DNA of 64,000 nucleotides from assembly GCA_963777605.1 (NCBI GenBank), contig CAVZRV010000031.1, positions 256,001-320,000 on the forward strand, given 5' to 3'. Source of the stretch: an uncultured Acidobacteriota bacterium. Its GTDB lineage: Bacteria > Acidobacteriota > UBA6911 > RPQK01 > JAPXNP01. Shown one piece after another: positions 46,363 to 57,152 of the stretch (position 1 is its first letter; each line of letters begins with the position of its first letter). The notes under the pieces are model-generated. The model made no database searches and was not told the origin of the DNA. It saw nothing but the letters and a program-made list of their open reading frames with translations. A program made the translations under genes and the position numbers.

Positions 46363-46803
46363 ATGCGATCAACTGCGGTTTCGACGTTGCTTCTGGTTCT
46401 TCTGACGGGTGCTCGACTGATGGCGCATTGCCAGATGCCCTGTGGAATCTACGACGATGAACTCCGGGCAAAAATGATCGCGGAGTACATCACGACGATC
46501 GAGAAGTCGATGAATCAGATCGTCGAGCTGAGCAAGCAGTCTCCGGTCAACTACAACCAGCTCGTCCGATGGGTCAACACCAAGGAAGAGCACGCCGGTG
46601 AGATCCAGGAAGTTGTCTCCGACTACTTCCTGACTCAGAGAATCAAGCCGGAAGACAAGGACTACGAGAAGAAATTGAAAGTCCTCCACTCGATGCTGGT
46701 CTCGGCCATGAAGTGCAAGCAAACGACCGACCTGGCCAACGTGGAGGCCCTGCGAACCCAGCTCAAGGAGTTCTCGGCCCTCTATTTCGATCACACCCAT
46801 TGA
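46363..46803 (+). CDS. sodN: Nickel superoxide dismutase with signal peptide
   Basis: Ni-hook HCQMPCGIY directly after a hydrophobic leader ending LMA. NQLVRWVNTKEEHA...YFLTQRIKP. Confidence 0.95.
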   Translation: MRSTAVSTLLLVLLTGARLMAHCQMPCGIYDDELRAKMIAEYITTIEKSMNQIVELSKQSPVNYNQLVRWVNTKEEHAGEIQEVVSDYFLTQRIKPEDKDYEKKLKVLHSMLVSAMKCKQTTDLANVEALRTQLKEFSALYFDHTH

Positions 46804-46853
46804 ACATTTTGGATTTGTGATTTTTGATGGGTTGGTGACGCGGGTGGCCGTTG

Positions 46854-46885
46854 AAATCGTAAATCGAAAACCGTAGATCGAAAAT
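46854..46885. repeat. Heptamer tandem repeats between convergent genes
   Basis: AAATCGT AAATCGA AAACCGT AGATCGA AAAT, with partly complementary GATTTGT GATTTTT at 46812. Confidence 0.6.
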
Positions 46886-46890
46886 GTCAA

Positions 46891-47415
46891 CTACGGCGCG
46901 ATTCTTAGCCGGCGCAGCTCCTCTTCGAGGTTCGGCGTGAGGATCCCCCGGGCAACGTCTCCCCGAAGTTCCGATTCGGACCAGAAGCGGCCTTCTGAGA
47001 TCTCGGTCCGGTTGATCGTGAAAGGACCCTCCGACTCAACCCGAAACGTCCGGATGTACTCCGTCTCGGTTCCGCTTCTCCAGAAATAGGTGTGGAGCGG
47101 TTCCAGTGCGGCGACCCCGCCAATATCGTCCAGCCGAATCCCCAGTTCCTCCTCCATTTCCCGCGCGGCGGCCTCCTCGTAACTCTCTCCCGGAACCACG
47201 TGGCCACCCACCGAGGTGTCCCACCGGCCGGGTTGGACGTCCTTGTTCGCAGCCCGCTTCTGGAGGAAGATCGCGCGGGCCCGGTTCCGAATGAACACGT
47301 GAACCGCACGATGGGCCATCGCAGCGTTTCCATGACACTGCGAGCGCGGAGCAACTCCAACCGTTTCGCCCTTGTCGTTAACCAGCTCGAACAGTTCTTC
47401 GTCTCTTGTCGTCAT
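46891..47415 (-). CDS. NUDIX hydrolase (IPP-isomerase-like/YfcD family)
   Basis: HRAVHVF..., LQKR...[31 protein letters not shown]. Confidence 0.9.
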   Translation of the reverse strand: MTTRDEELFELVNDKGETVGVAPRSQCHGNAAMAHRAVHVFIRNRARAIFLQKRAANKDVQPGRWDTSVGGHVVPGESYEEAAAREMEEELGIRLDDIGGVAALEPLHTYFWRSGTETEYIRTFRVESEGPFTINRTEISEGRFWSESELRGDVARGILTPNLEEELRRLRIAP

Positions 47416-47581
47416 TGGCCTCCCCGTCCTTATCCTCCCACAGATTCCCTCAGACAACCGCACCCGGTCAACTTGCCAGATGTCCTCGAAGTTTCTACGA
47501 TCAGTACTTGTGCGGGGTCCCTCCGCACTGCTCTTCGCAGGTGGGCCCCACGCGATTACTATCGAAGCAAGAGGAGAATTT

Positions 47582-49259
<1,678 letters not shown>

Positions 49260-49540
49260 AAATGGAATCGGCCCGGGAAAAGAAGGCCAAACCCGGGCCG
49301 ATTCCAGTCGTCGGAACATCAGAAGGAGGAATTCGCTTTCCTCATCCTGATAATCGACTCTGCCAAAGTGCGGCATCAGGCTTTATGCCACCTGCAACTG
49401 GTTCAAAAGAACCGTCTGACGGGTCAGGCAGATCCGACTTCTCTGACTATTCCCTTCCCCCGGCCCCGACGCTTCACCACACCTCGCCCGCACTTGATTC
49501 ACGGCAAAGTGATTCTGGTATACTCTTGATTCTTCCGGGT

Positions 49541-49617
49541 CGGGACGTAGCGCAGCCTGGTAGCGCACCTGAATGGGGTTCAGGGGGCCGGGAGTTCAAA
49601 TCTCCCCGTCCCGACCA
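49541..49617 (+). tRNA. tRNA-Pro(GGG)
   Basis: CGGGACG acceptor stem, D-loop CCTGGTAGC, anticodon arm CCTGA-ATGGGGT-TCAGG, T-loop GTTCAAATC, encoded CCA. Confidence 0.95.
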
Positions 49618-49650
49618 GCTTTCTCCCTTTTACGCCGGGTTGTCGAAGGA

Positions 49651-50324
49651 TCATGGACTCTTCTCCGTTGCCTTCCATTCGGGCTTGCGTTCCGGTTGGG
49701 CCTGGGCAAGTGCGCGGCGCACGCCCTCGGCATCGTGGTCAGCCGTATAAACAGGAGTGCCGGGCTGTTGGCGCCAGGACTCATCCAATCCTCCCGCATC
49801 GATACCGTCGAATCCAAGTTCGTCGACAAGGCGAAGCACGACCGCCTTGGCCGCGGCGTCGTCCCCGGCGACCGGAAGTGCGATGCGGTCGGGACTTCCC
49901 GAGGGCTTGCCGAGATTCAGGAGGTGATCGGCGTAGATGTTGTTGAAGGCCTTGACGACGGGGCGACCGAGTTGCCGCTCGACCCAACGGCTCTCAGGTA
50001 TCCCGGCTTCGATCCCATCGATTCTGCCGTCGCGCTGACGGGGGTAGTAGTTGCCCGTATCCACGACAACCACGTCGTCCGGGACGCCGTCGAAAAGGTC
50101 GTCCGGCAGATCAGGAACATGGCCTTCGGGAATCGTCACGACGACGACCTCTCCTAAACGCGCCGCGTCCCTCGCCGTCACTGCGGCTGCGCCAGTCTCA
50201 GATTCCAGGTCACTGAGGGTCTCGGGTCCCCTCGAATTAGCCACGGCAACGTCGTGCCCGAGCGCTGTGAACGCCGGGTAAGCGTCCCGCCAATGTTTCC
50301 GGCTCCAATGATTCCGATCTTCAT
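49651..50324 (-). CDS. NADP-binding oxidoreductase (F420-dependent NADP reductase/COG2085 family), frameshifted
   Basis: MKIGIIGAGNIGG, VANSRGPE, VDTGNYYP.RDG, VVKAFNNI, DAGGLDESWRQQPGTP. Confidence 0.9.
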
Positions 50325-50560
50325 GATTCTTCCTTCCTCTGATTGCTCGACTTTGCCGGTCGGAAGTCTCAAGAGGACCTCGGGCCGGCTGCCATGTTAT
50401 TCGGTCGAAAGCCCCGGACAGGCCTAGAATCCGGCATTTCTCGCCAGGCAACAGTGTCGGGTCCCATCCGGGTCTGCCTCTGAGATTGACTATATCGCCC
50501 CGGCGATCCGATCTTCCACTTTCATGGTGTGGCCGACCACAAAAGGCTTCGTTTCATACT

Positions 50561-50677
50561 CTACTTTGAATCCGACCCCCGGCAGACCTGCACGACTCGC
50601 GCCAGATACTCTGCCCAAACGCTTTCGAAAAGATTCAGGGCTTGCAGATACAGAGCCTTTTCAAAAACCGTCAACAT
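50561..50677 (-). pseudogene. Possible N-terminal remnant of a cyclic-nucleotide-binding-domain protein
   Basis: Manual translation MLTVFEKALYLQALNLFESVWAEYLARVVQVCRGSDSK* resembles the helix preceding cNMP domains. Very short. Confidence 0.3.
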
Positions 50678-50930
50678 CTCACTCGGCCTTCCCTTGACGG
50701 GAACCATCAGCCCACAGGGCCGTCATCTCTCCTTCACCAGTTAAGGCGAGAAAGAGTGAGATTAAGTGGCATCCGGCGTCGATATTTTCGGGATTCCGGC
50801 GAGGTCGGCCGAGTAGAACTCCTGCCCCGTGGTCCGTCCAGGGCGGCGAGCCTCAGAAGACAATACAAATGAAAACTCTAGCCGTACCGCAAATCGAGAG
50901 CCAGGGCCGGCAGAGGGTGCCATCGCCGTC

Positions 50931-50962
50931 TTGATTGGTTACACAGTCACACGTATACTGTG
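50931..50962 (+). promoter_or_regulatory. Sigma-70 promoter with overlapping operator for the first TA pair
   Basis: TTGATT-N17-TATACT. Inverted repeat CACAGT-N9-ACTGTG overlaps the -10 element. Confidence 0.6.
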
Positions 50963-51196
50963 CTGGTGAAGAACATTACCCTGAGTGTTGATGAGAAGGT
51001 CCTGGCCGACGCCAGGCGCTATGCTGCCAGCCGGGAATCCTCCGTGAACGCCTTGGTTCGCGACTTCCTCAAGAGCATCTCGGAGCGGGAAAACCGCGCC
51101 CAGATCGCGCGGGAACGACTCCTCGAACTCGGTCTCCGATCCAACGCGCGTATTGGGGTCAAGAACTGGGATCGAGACAGCCTCCATGAAGGTTGA
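50960..51196 (+). CDS. Ribbon-helix-helix antitoxin (VapB/DUF6364-like); probable start GTG 50966
   Basis: KNITLSVDEKVLADARRYAA...SVNALVRDFL...WDRDSLHE. Overlaps the PIN gene. Confidence 0.85.
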   Translation: MLVKNITLSVDEKVLADARRYAASRESSVNALVRDFLKSISERENRAQIARERLLELGLRSNARIGVKNWDRDSLHEG

Positions 51197-51605
51197 GTGT
51201 TTTCTTGACACCAACATCCTGGTCTATGCCGCCGCCGGGCGTGGGCCTGAAGCAAGCAAGATGCGCCGAGCCCTCGACCTGATCTCCTCGGAGGACTTCG
51301 GCCTTTCCGCTCAGGTGCTCCAGGAGTTTTATGTGACGGTCACACGCAAGATCCAGGTCCCGATGACTCCGGTGGAAGCCGTCGATTGGATCGAAAACCT
51401 TGAGGTCTTCCCCTGCGTTACGATCGACTCGTCTTTGGTCAAACTGGCCGTCGAAGCGAGCGAACGATGGCGGTTGTCTTACTGGGACGGCGCCATTCTG
51501 GTTGCCGCGGAACTGCTCGGAGCCACCACCCTCTTCAGCGAGGACATGTCGCATGGACAGCGATACGGTTCGGTGCAGGTGATCGACCCGTTTCAAGATC
51601 GATAA
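51186..51605 (+). CDS. vapC: PIN-domain toxin
   Basis: FLDTNILVYA, SAQVLQEF, LSYWDGAIL, LFSEDM. Confidence 0.9.
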   Translation: MKVECFLDTNILVYAAAGRGPEASKMRRALDLISSEDFGLSAQVLQEFYVTVTRKIQVPMTPVEAVDWIENLEVFPCVTIDSSLVKLAVEASERWRLSYWDGAILVAAELLGATTLFSEDMSHGQRYGSVQVIDPFQDR

Positions 51606-51835
51606 CAACAGGTCGATTAGGGCTACTTACTCACCTTACTCACCCTCACGGGGCTTCAGGCGACTGTACAGCCAAGCTTTTGCGAATTTCCAGTCGCGCA
51701 TCACCGTTTCCTGGGACACGTCGAGCAATGCGGCGGTCTCCTCCACGGTAAGCCCGACAAAAGACAAATCTGTTCCAAGATCTTCCAGAAACGATGCCTA
51801 GCATCTGATGCGGATCGTGTTATCATCGCAACATC

Positions 51836-52078
51836 ATGAGCCGAACAACGGTAGACATTGACGATCCAATTCTCCGAGAAGTCAAGGCTCTTCGGGACCG
51901 TCAAGGGACCTCCCTGGGGCGGGTGATATCCGACTTGCTGGCTAAGGCGCTCAGGGAAAAAGGGGAGAACCGCAAGAACGAGCCTTTCTCCTGGATTTCC
52001 CGGCCGATGGCGCCTCGAGTTGAGATTGCGGATAAGGAAGCGCTCTACAAACTTCTGGATCAGGACGCTCCGAGATGA
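51836..52078 (+). CDS. vapB: VapB-type antitoxin
   Basis: RTTVDIDDPILREVK...SLGRVISDLL...DKEALYKLLD. ATGA overlap with the toxin. Confidence 0.85.
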   Translation: MSRTTVDIDDPILREVKALRDRQGTSLGRVISDLLAKALREKGENRKNEPFSWISRPMAPRVEIADKEALYKLLDQDAPR

Positions 52079-52512
52079 GCTTTGCCGTTGACACGAACGT
52101 CCTGCTCTACGCGTCTGATCAAAAGAGCCGACATTGGAGAACAGCTACAACGCTACTGCAAAAATGGTCAACCAACGACCAACTCTTTTATCTCTGCTGG
52201 CCGGTGATCATGGGTTATCTGAGGATCTCGACCCATTCCACGGTGTTTGCATCCCCTCTGGAACCGAAGGAAGCGATGCATAACATAGAAATGCTGCTCG
52301 CTCTCCCTCAGACCCGCGTACTTTCAGAGGGACCCCGGTTTTGGAAAACATATCGGGAGATCACGGGCAAGCTTGCCGTCAGAGGTAATCTCGTTCCAGA
52401 CGCTCATATCGCCGCATTGCTGCTGGAAAACGGTGTTCGGGAAATCGTTACTAACGATGCCGACTTTCGTAAGTTCGACTTTATCCGCGTCGTCAACCCA
52501 TTTACCGCCTGA
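52075..52512 (+). CDS. vapC: PIN-domain toxin (mycobacterial-type VapC)
   Basis: VDTNVLLYA, YLRISTH, RGNLVPDAHIAALLLENG, TNDADFRKF. Confidence 0.9.
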   Translation: MSFAVDTNVLLYASDQKSRHWRTATTLLQKWSTNDQLFYLCWPVIMGYLRISTHSTVFASPLEPKEAMHNIEMLLALPQTRVLSEGPRFWKTYREITGKLAVRGNLVPDAHIAALLLENGVREIVTNDADFRKFDFIRVVNPFTA

Positions 52513-52755
52513 TGGGCGTTTCCGCAAGATTCCTTAAGGCGAAGCCGGACCCGCGAACCCGGGGGGCGCATCCAGGGACGCCATGGGACGCTGCAGGCGT
52601 GGGTTCCTGATTGCATCACCGAAGGAGCCCGCATCAAGCAGAACAAGCAGGCCAAGAACGTCTGGCGTTGGGCTATGGAAGTTCAGGCGATGCAACTCTT
52701 CGACAATCTTGAGTTCTCGCAGCAGCTTGGACTGGTTCCCCGCTAGCACATTAGG

Positions 52756-54360
52756 TCAGAAACGCCACCCTTTGGTTTTGACTTCAGGGGTCTTCAAGTA
52801 TTTCTCGAAGAACTCCAGGCGGGTCGGGTCGGTGACCGGCTTGGACTTGAAGGTGGTGCCCAGTTCCATGATCTCCGGTTTTTGCAGGTCGGTCGCGGGC
52901 CACTCGGGGAGGCCTTTTCCGTTGGGGTCACCGGTTTTAACGAAGTTGGCCCAGTACCACGACATAATCTTCGCGGTCCGTTGATCCTCTTCGGTGTACG
53001 GCCGGTCAGCCTTACCGAGATTGTCGAAGACGTAGGGGACCTCCGAGGAGTGAAACGCCCCGTAGTGCTCGGCATTGTGCCCGGGTTCGGCATGTCCCCA
53101 GATGTAGATAAAGGTGGGCCCTCGCCCGTCGGCAACCCTGCGGCGAGCCCAGTCGTAGGTCCCGACCCGGGTGCGATCCCGCGCGGCCTCTTTGGCAATC
53201 TCGCCGGCCATGGTGTCGTCGATGACAGGGTAGAGTTCCAGAAACTCGTCGGCCAGGTCCCCGTAGCGACGCCTCGCCTCTTTCTCGCATTCGTCAAGAG
53301 TGGTCTTCCCGTAGTTCGGTGACGAACTGCCTTCGTCGGTAGTGAACCCGGCAAGGATGGGGATGGGACGCCCCTGATCCACTTCGGGTGCCCCTGAGCC
53401 CGGCCACTGCTTCGGGAGAAACCAGCCGTCGAGGTCGGGGCCAAAACGGATCGGCGGAGTGTTCGTCCCGCTTTCCGAACCGGCCGATGAACTCTCCAGG
53501 TCGGCACCGACCGCAGGCAAGCCACGAAGTTCCGCGATCGATTGGGCTCCCTTCGATTTCATGTAGGCGATTCCATTCTCCTCGGCCTTCTGCAGGTTGG
53601 ACAGGCCGTAAAGGGCCGCGCCCGGGCCGCTTTCGATGATGCACTGCTGGAACAACCCCCTGGCCAGCGGCGAGGCGAGCAGATGCTGAACGGCGCCGGC
53701 TCCTGCCGATTGACCGGCGATCGTCACCCGCTCCGGGTCTCCTCCCAACTCCGCGATATTCTCCCTCGTCCAGTGAAGGGCGGCCAGAAGATCGAGCAAT
53801 CCATAATTCCCGGACGAGTGATGCTCGGACTCGGCCGTCAATTCCGGGTGAGCCAGAAACCCGAGCACTCCGACACGGTAATTGACGGTGATCACGATAA
53901 TCCCCTGCCGGGCCAGCGGTTCCCCGTCGTAGATTGCCACCGAGCCCGATCCGCTATTGTAGCCCCCACCGTGAATCCAGAAGAGCACCGGGAGACGGGC
54001 GGCGGCGGACTCGGCCGGAGTCCAGACGTTCAGGTAGAGGCAGTCTTCGCTGACCGGGCCGGGAATGATGTATTCCGGGGTCCAGGGTCCGAAGCCACCG
54101 GTCTGGTCTCTCTGCATGCAACTGGGAGAGAAGTGGTCGGCGGTCCGGGTCCCGCTCCATGAAGAGGCACCCTGGGGCGGGCTCCAGCGCAGTTCACCCA
54201 ACGGGGGCGCTGCAAACGGGATCCCCAAAAAGGCGGTGACCCCGCCCTTGTCCATTCCCTCAATCGCCCCCGCCTCAAGAAAAGCACGCCGGATGGCCGC
54301 ACTCGAATAAACCACAACGCAGGACAAAATCACCGTCAAGAGAAGGAACTTCCGCAGCAT
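52756..54360 (-). CDS. Secreted type-B carboxylesterase
   Basis: FLGIPFAAPP.G.LRW, SEDCLYLNVW, WIHGGG, GQSAG, GAFHSSEV, YWANFVKTGDPN. Confidence 0.95.
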   Translation of the reverse strand: MLRKFLLLTVILSCVVVYSSAAIRRAFLEAGAIEGMDKGGVTAFLGIPFAAPPLGELRWSPPQGASSWSGTRTADHFSPSCMQRDQTGGFGPWTPEYIIPGPVSEDCLYLNVWTPAESAAARLPVLFWIHGGGYNSGSGSVAIYDGEPLARQGIIVITVNYRVGVLGFLAHPELTAESEHHSSGNYGLLDLLAALHWTRENIAELGGDPERVTIAGQSAGAGAVQHLLASPLARGLFQQCIIESGPGAALYGLSNLQKAEENGIAYMKSKGAQSIAELRGLPAVGADLESSSAGSESGTNTPPIRFGPDLDGWFLPKQWPGSGAPEVDQGRPIPILAGFTTDEGSSSPNYGKTTLDECEKEARRRYGDLADEFLELYPVIDDTMAGEIAKEAARDRTRVGTYDWARRRVADGRGPTFIYIWGHAEPGHNAEHYGAFHSSEVPYVFDNLGKADRPYTEEDQRTAKIMSWYWANFVKTGDPNGKGLPEWPATDLQKPEIMELGTTFKSKPVTDPTRLEFFEKYLKTPEVKTKGWRF

Positions 54361-54450
54361 TCGACACTCCTTGCCGCCGGACGCGACCATTCCATTCTCG
54401 GTCAAGCGGGATCCGGGGTCTACCCTGATTCCATCACACCACCGAAATCG

Positions 54451-54957
54451 TCACGGCCGGGGAGCGACTTGATAGAAGACCTCCCGTTCCTGGTGTGCCC
54501 AATCGATCAATGCTCCCGTCGCCGCTCCGGCTCCGAACCCCATGACAGCGGGTCCGAGGTAGACCGCCACGGCCTCGCCGTCCCAGAGAGGACCGCTTGC
54601 CGTCAAGTGTGCGTTGTAGGCGGCAGTTCCCAGAAAACCAGCGCCGAAGCCGATCAAACCTCCGGTCAACAGCCCGTTTCTTTGACTGTCCGGAACAGTG
54701 ACCGCAGATTCAATCCGCTCGATGCTGCCCCGGGAAACGAGCACCGGTGTGCTTCCGGGACTCCTGGAGACAATCAACATCTCAGGTTCCGAACCCAGGA
54801 ACGATGCAGCTTCCGTCCTCCCGTCCCTGAATGTCAGCAGGATTTCGGTTCCGACGCCGAGTTGCTCGACTTTCTCCCACCTTCCAGGCACGGTCGCGCC
54901 CATCGAAACAGAGGCAAGAAGCAGAATCCAACCAATCAGAATAATCACTTTCTTCAT
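54451..54957 (-). CDS. Hypothetical exported protein (Sm-like domain plus glycine-zipper helices)
   Basis: Signal peptide, beta-rich domain, GLLTGGLIGFGAG and GFGAGAATGALID. Confidence 0.65.
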   Translation of the reverse strand: MKKVIILIGWILLLASVSMGATVPGRWEKVEQLGVGTEILLTFRDGRTEAASFLGSEPEMLIVSRSPGSTPVLVSRGSIERIESAVTVPDSQRNGLLTGGLIGFGAGFLGTAAYNAHLTASGPLWDGEAVAVYLGPAVMGFGAGAATGALIDWAHQEREVFYQVAPRP

Positions 54958-55373
54958 TCGTCTTCTCCCGGACACGACAAGACGCACGAAAGGCGCCAGC
55001 GGGCACTCCAGGGCCGACGGGCTTCGGAGCCCTCATTCGGAAGAGAAGACGCAAGGCATTCACTGCACCCGGTGCAATGATTCCGTGCAGTTCAAAACGG
55101 ACGGCCTGGGCTGGAATAGGAGAGTCCAGCCCACTGGCAGTTCGGTCGTTGCCCCGGGCGGCGTGACCAGTGGATAGGTTCGGATAATTTGGAGGAGCTG
55201 GCAAGCCGGGGATGAGATTGCCCAGTATAAGATCGAGGCTTCGATTTCGGTTCCGCGCAAGCATCTGGGCGCCTTTGGCGTGTTGGTCTGGCGGTGCTTC
55301 CCGGCTGCGTTTTCTGAATGATCCCCCGCACCGCGGCGCGGGTGGGCAGGGGCCGGGGTCATTCACTTCGGAC

Positions 55374-55769
55374 TCAGGGGTTCTCGCCGGGAGGTGGCTG
55401 CCGATTCTCGAAGCGCTGCATGCGCTCCTCGTGGCGGCGGCGCATCTCGGCCAGCGTCGCTTTCTGCTCCTCCGTGAGAACGGGAAGGAGCTTGTCCTGG
55501 GCTTTATCCAGGATGGAATCCACCTTGGGCCGGACCGATCTGTGCAGCTCTTCGAGCTGTTTCTGGGCCTCCAGAATCGCGCCGTCGAAGACTTCCTTCT
55601 GTTCCGGGGTCAGCTGCAATTCGCGGACGACGCCGGCCTCCATTCGGGCGAGGAATTGATCGGGTGAGGGGGACCGCCTTCGGCTCGAGAACTGGTCGAA
55701 CGTGACTCCTGACAAAAAGCCGAGAATAAACAGAAGAATGACTCCTAGCAATGATTTCCAGCGCTTCAC
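55374..55769 (-). CDS. Spy/CpxP-like periplasmic helical protein
   Basis: TM, then ELQLTPEQ...VLTEEQ (LTxxQ) repeats. Confidence 0.75.
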   Translation of the reverse strand: MKRWKSLLGVILLFILGFLSGVTFDQFSSRRRSPSPDQFLARMEAGVVRELQLTPEQKEVFDGAILEAQKQLEELHRSVRPKVDSILDKAQDKLLPVLTEEQKATLAEMRRRHEERMQRFENRQPPPGENP

Positions 55770-56179
55770 GGATTATCCTCCTCCCCCTCATGGGCAATGA
55801 CGGCAGTCGTCACCTGGTCGCGAGTGAGATCCACGTTTTCGGAAGCGGCAAACGTGCTCCAGAAAATCTGATCTGCGGCGGTGAAGGTCGATGTCTGAAG
55901 CGGCTTCATAATCAGAAAGCCTGCCAGCAGGAGCGTGATCATGGCGAAAATCGGTGCGAACCGCCAGCACAGATCTCCAATCATGAGTGGACTCCAACTG
56001 ACGATCTCAAGCTCGGCTGAAAGCTTGCTTCGGAAGCCGACCAGGAAGTCCGCGTCCGCCCTTCGCTCCGGGGAAACCGGGGTGCGGGACTGAAACAGCT
56101 CCTGTGCCAGTCGATCCAGTTGTTCAGAATTCAGCTTCTTCGCCATCTTGATTCCCTCTTTTCGAGTGGCCCTTTCCAC
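55766..56179 (-). CDS. Putative single-pass anti-sigma factor
   Basis: One TM helix. Directly downstream of the ECF sigma gene and overlapping the next gene. Confidence 0.6.
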   Translation of the reverse strand: MERATRKEGIKMAKKLNSEQLDRLAQELFQSRTPVSPERRADADFLVGFRSKLSAELEIVSWSPLMIGDLCWRFAPIFAMITLLLAGFLIMKPLQTSTFTAADQIFWSTFAASENVDLTRDQVTTAVIAHEGEEDNP

Positions 56180-56182
56180 TCC

Positions 56183-56884
56183 TCACTGATTCATCAATCT
56201 TTCCAGGGCCTTTCTCAGTGCTCTCTTGGCCCGGTGGGCCCGAACCCGAATGTTGACCTCGGAAGATCCCATAATCTCGGCAACTTCCGTTGAATTCATC
56301 CCTTCTCCGTAGAGCAAGTGCAATATCGCCTGGTCTTTGGGGGAAATCTGCGGCAGCACTTTCTCAAGAATCTCCCGGGCTTCCGTGCTGTCAGCAGTCC
56401 GGCCACCCTCATCGACCGATTCCCGCCCAAAAAAACGTTCCAGCCAGATTTCCTCATCTTCGCCGAGCTGCGAAATCGAGTGTTCAGGCCTGCGTTTCGA
56501 ATGCCGGATCCGGTCCAGGGAAAGATTGATGGCAATCCGAACCACCCAGTTCTCGAAAGGCACTCCCGTACGCAGCTTCTCCAACTTCAAAAACGCCCTC
56601 ACGAAGGTATCCTGGGCCACGTCCTCAGCATCTTCCAACCTGGGGAAGAAGCGCATCGCAACCCTCGTGACCCGGCCGCGATGGCGGAGAACCAGCTCTT
56701 CAAAGGCCCGATGCGATCCATTTCGAGCCAGTGCCACGAGACAGTCATCGTCCTGGCTGGAGAGATCCTGCGAGGTTTCCTTGCCGGCCGCCATCACCAG
56801 TAAGTTGGGAAGCCTCAACAGGCTGTTCAATCCACGCTCGACCGCAATCTCATTCAGCATTGGACCGCCACCGGTTTCATTCAC
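56183..56884 (-). CDS. ECF RNA polymerase sigma factor (start uncertain)
   Basis: AFEELVLRH, DAEDVAQDTF, WVVRIAIN, EVAEIMG.SE.NIRVRAHRA. Confidence 0.95.
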   Translation of the reverse strand: MNETGGGPMLNEIAVERGLNSLLRLPNLLVMAAGKETSQDLSSQDDDCLVALARNGSHRAFEELVLRHRGRVTRVAMRFFPRLEDAEDVAQDTFVRAFLKLEKLRTGVPFENWVVRIAINLSLDRIRHSKRRPEHSISQLGEDEEIWLERFFGRESVDEGGRTADSTEAREILEKVLPQISPKDQAILHLLYGEGMNSTEVAEIMGSSEVNIRVRAHRAKRALRKALERLMNQ

Positions 56885-56890
56885 GCTGTC

Positions 56891-56917
56891 TACGCCGACT
56901 CTCTACAAATCGTTACA
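56891..56917 (-). promoter_or_regulatory. ECF-type promoter (autoregulatory)
   Basis: Minus strand TGTAAC-N17-CGTA immediately upstream of the sigma gene. Confidence 0.7.
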
Positions 56918-57050
56918 CACCCGCCCGGGGAATTCACCAGGACTCCGACGAGGGGAGAAGAATACCCACAGAACGCCTGACGTGCTGATTCCACTCCCCT
57001 TCTCCGGGAGGTCCCCGGTCTCAACAGTCAACCCGGTCGTCAACTGCGAA

Positions 57051-57077
57051 TGTAACGGTTTGGCGAAATGCGGCGTT
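57051..57077 (+). promoter_or_regulatory. ECF-type promoter for the exporter operon
   Basis: TGTAAC-N17-CGTT, matching the divergent copy. Confidence 0.7.
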
Positions 57078-57152
57078 AGCGATGTGGTTGACGCGGCACC
57101 CGCTGACCAGGCGGTTTACGGAGGCCGCCGAATCCCACCACAAGGAGTCACT

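Noticed and set aside
55184-55220. Weak resemblance to the repeat right-end nonamers (AATTTGGAGGAGCTGGCAAGC)
   Set aside because: It lacks the TGAAACT core and any partner end, so it could be chance.
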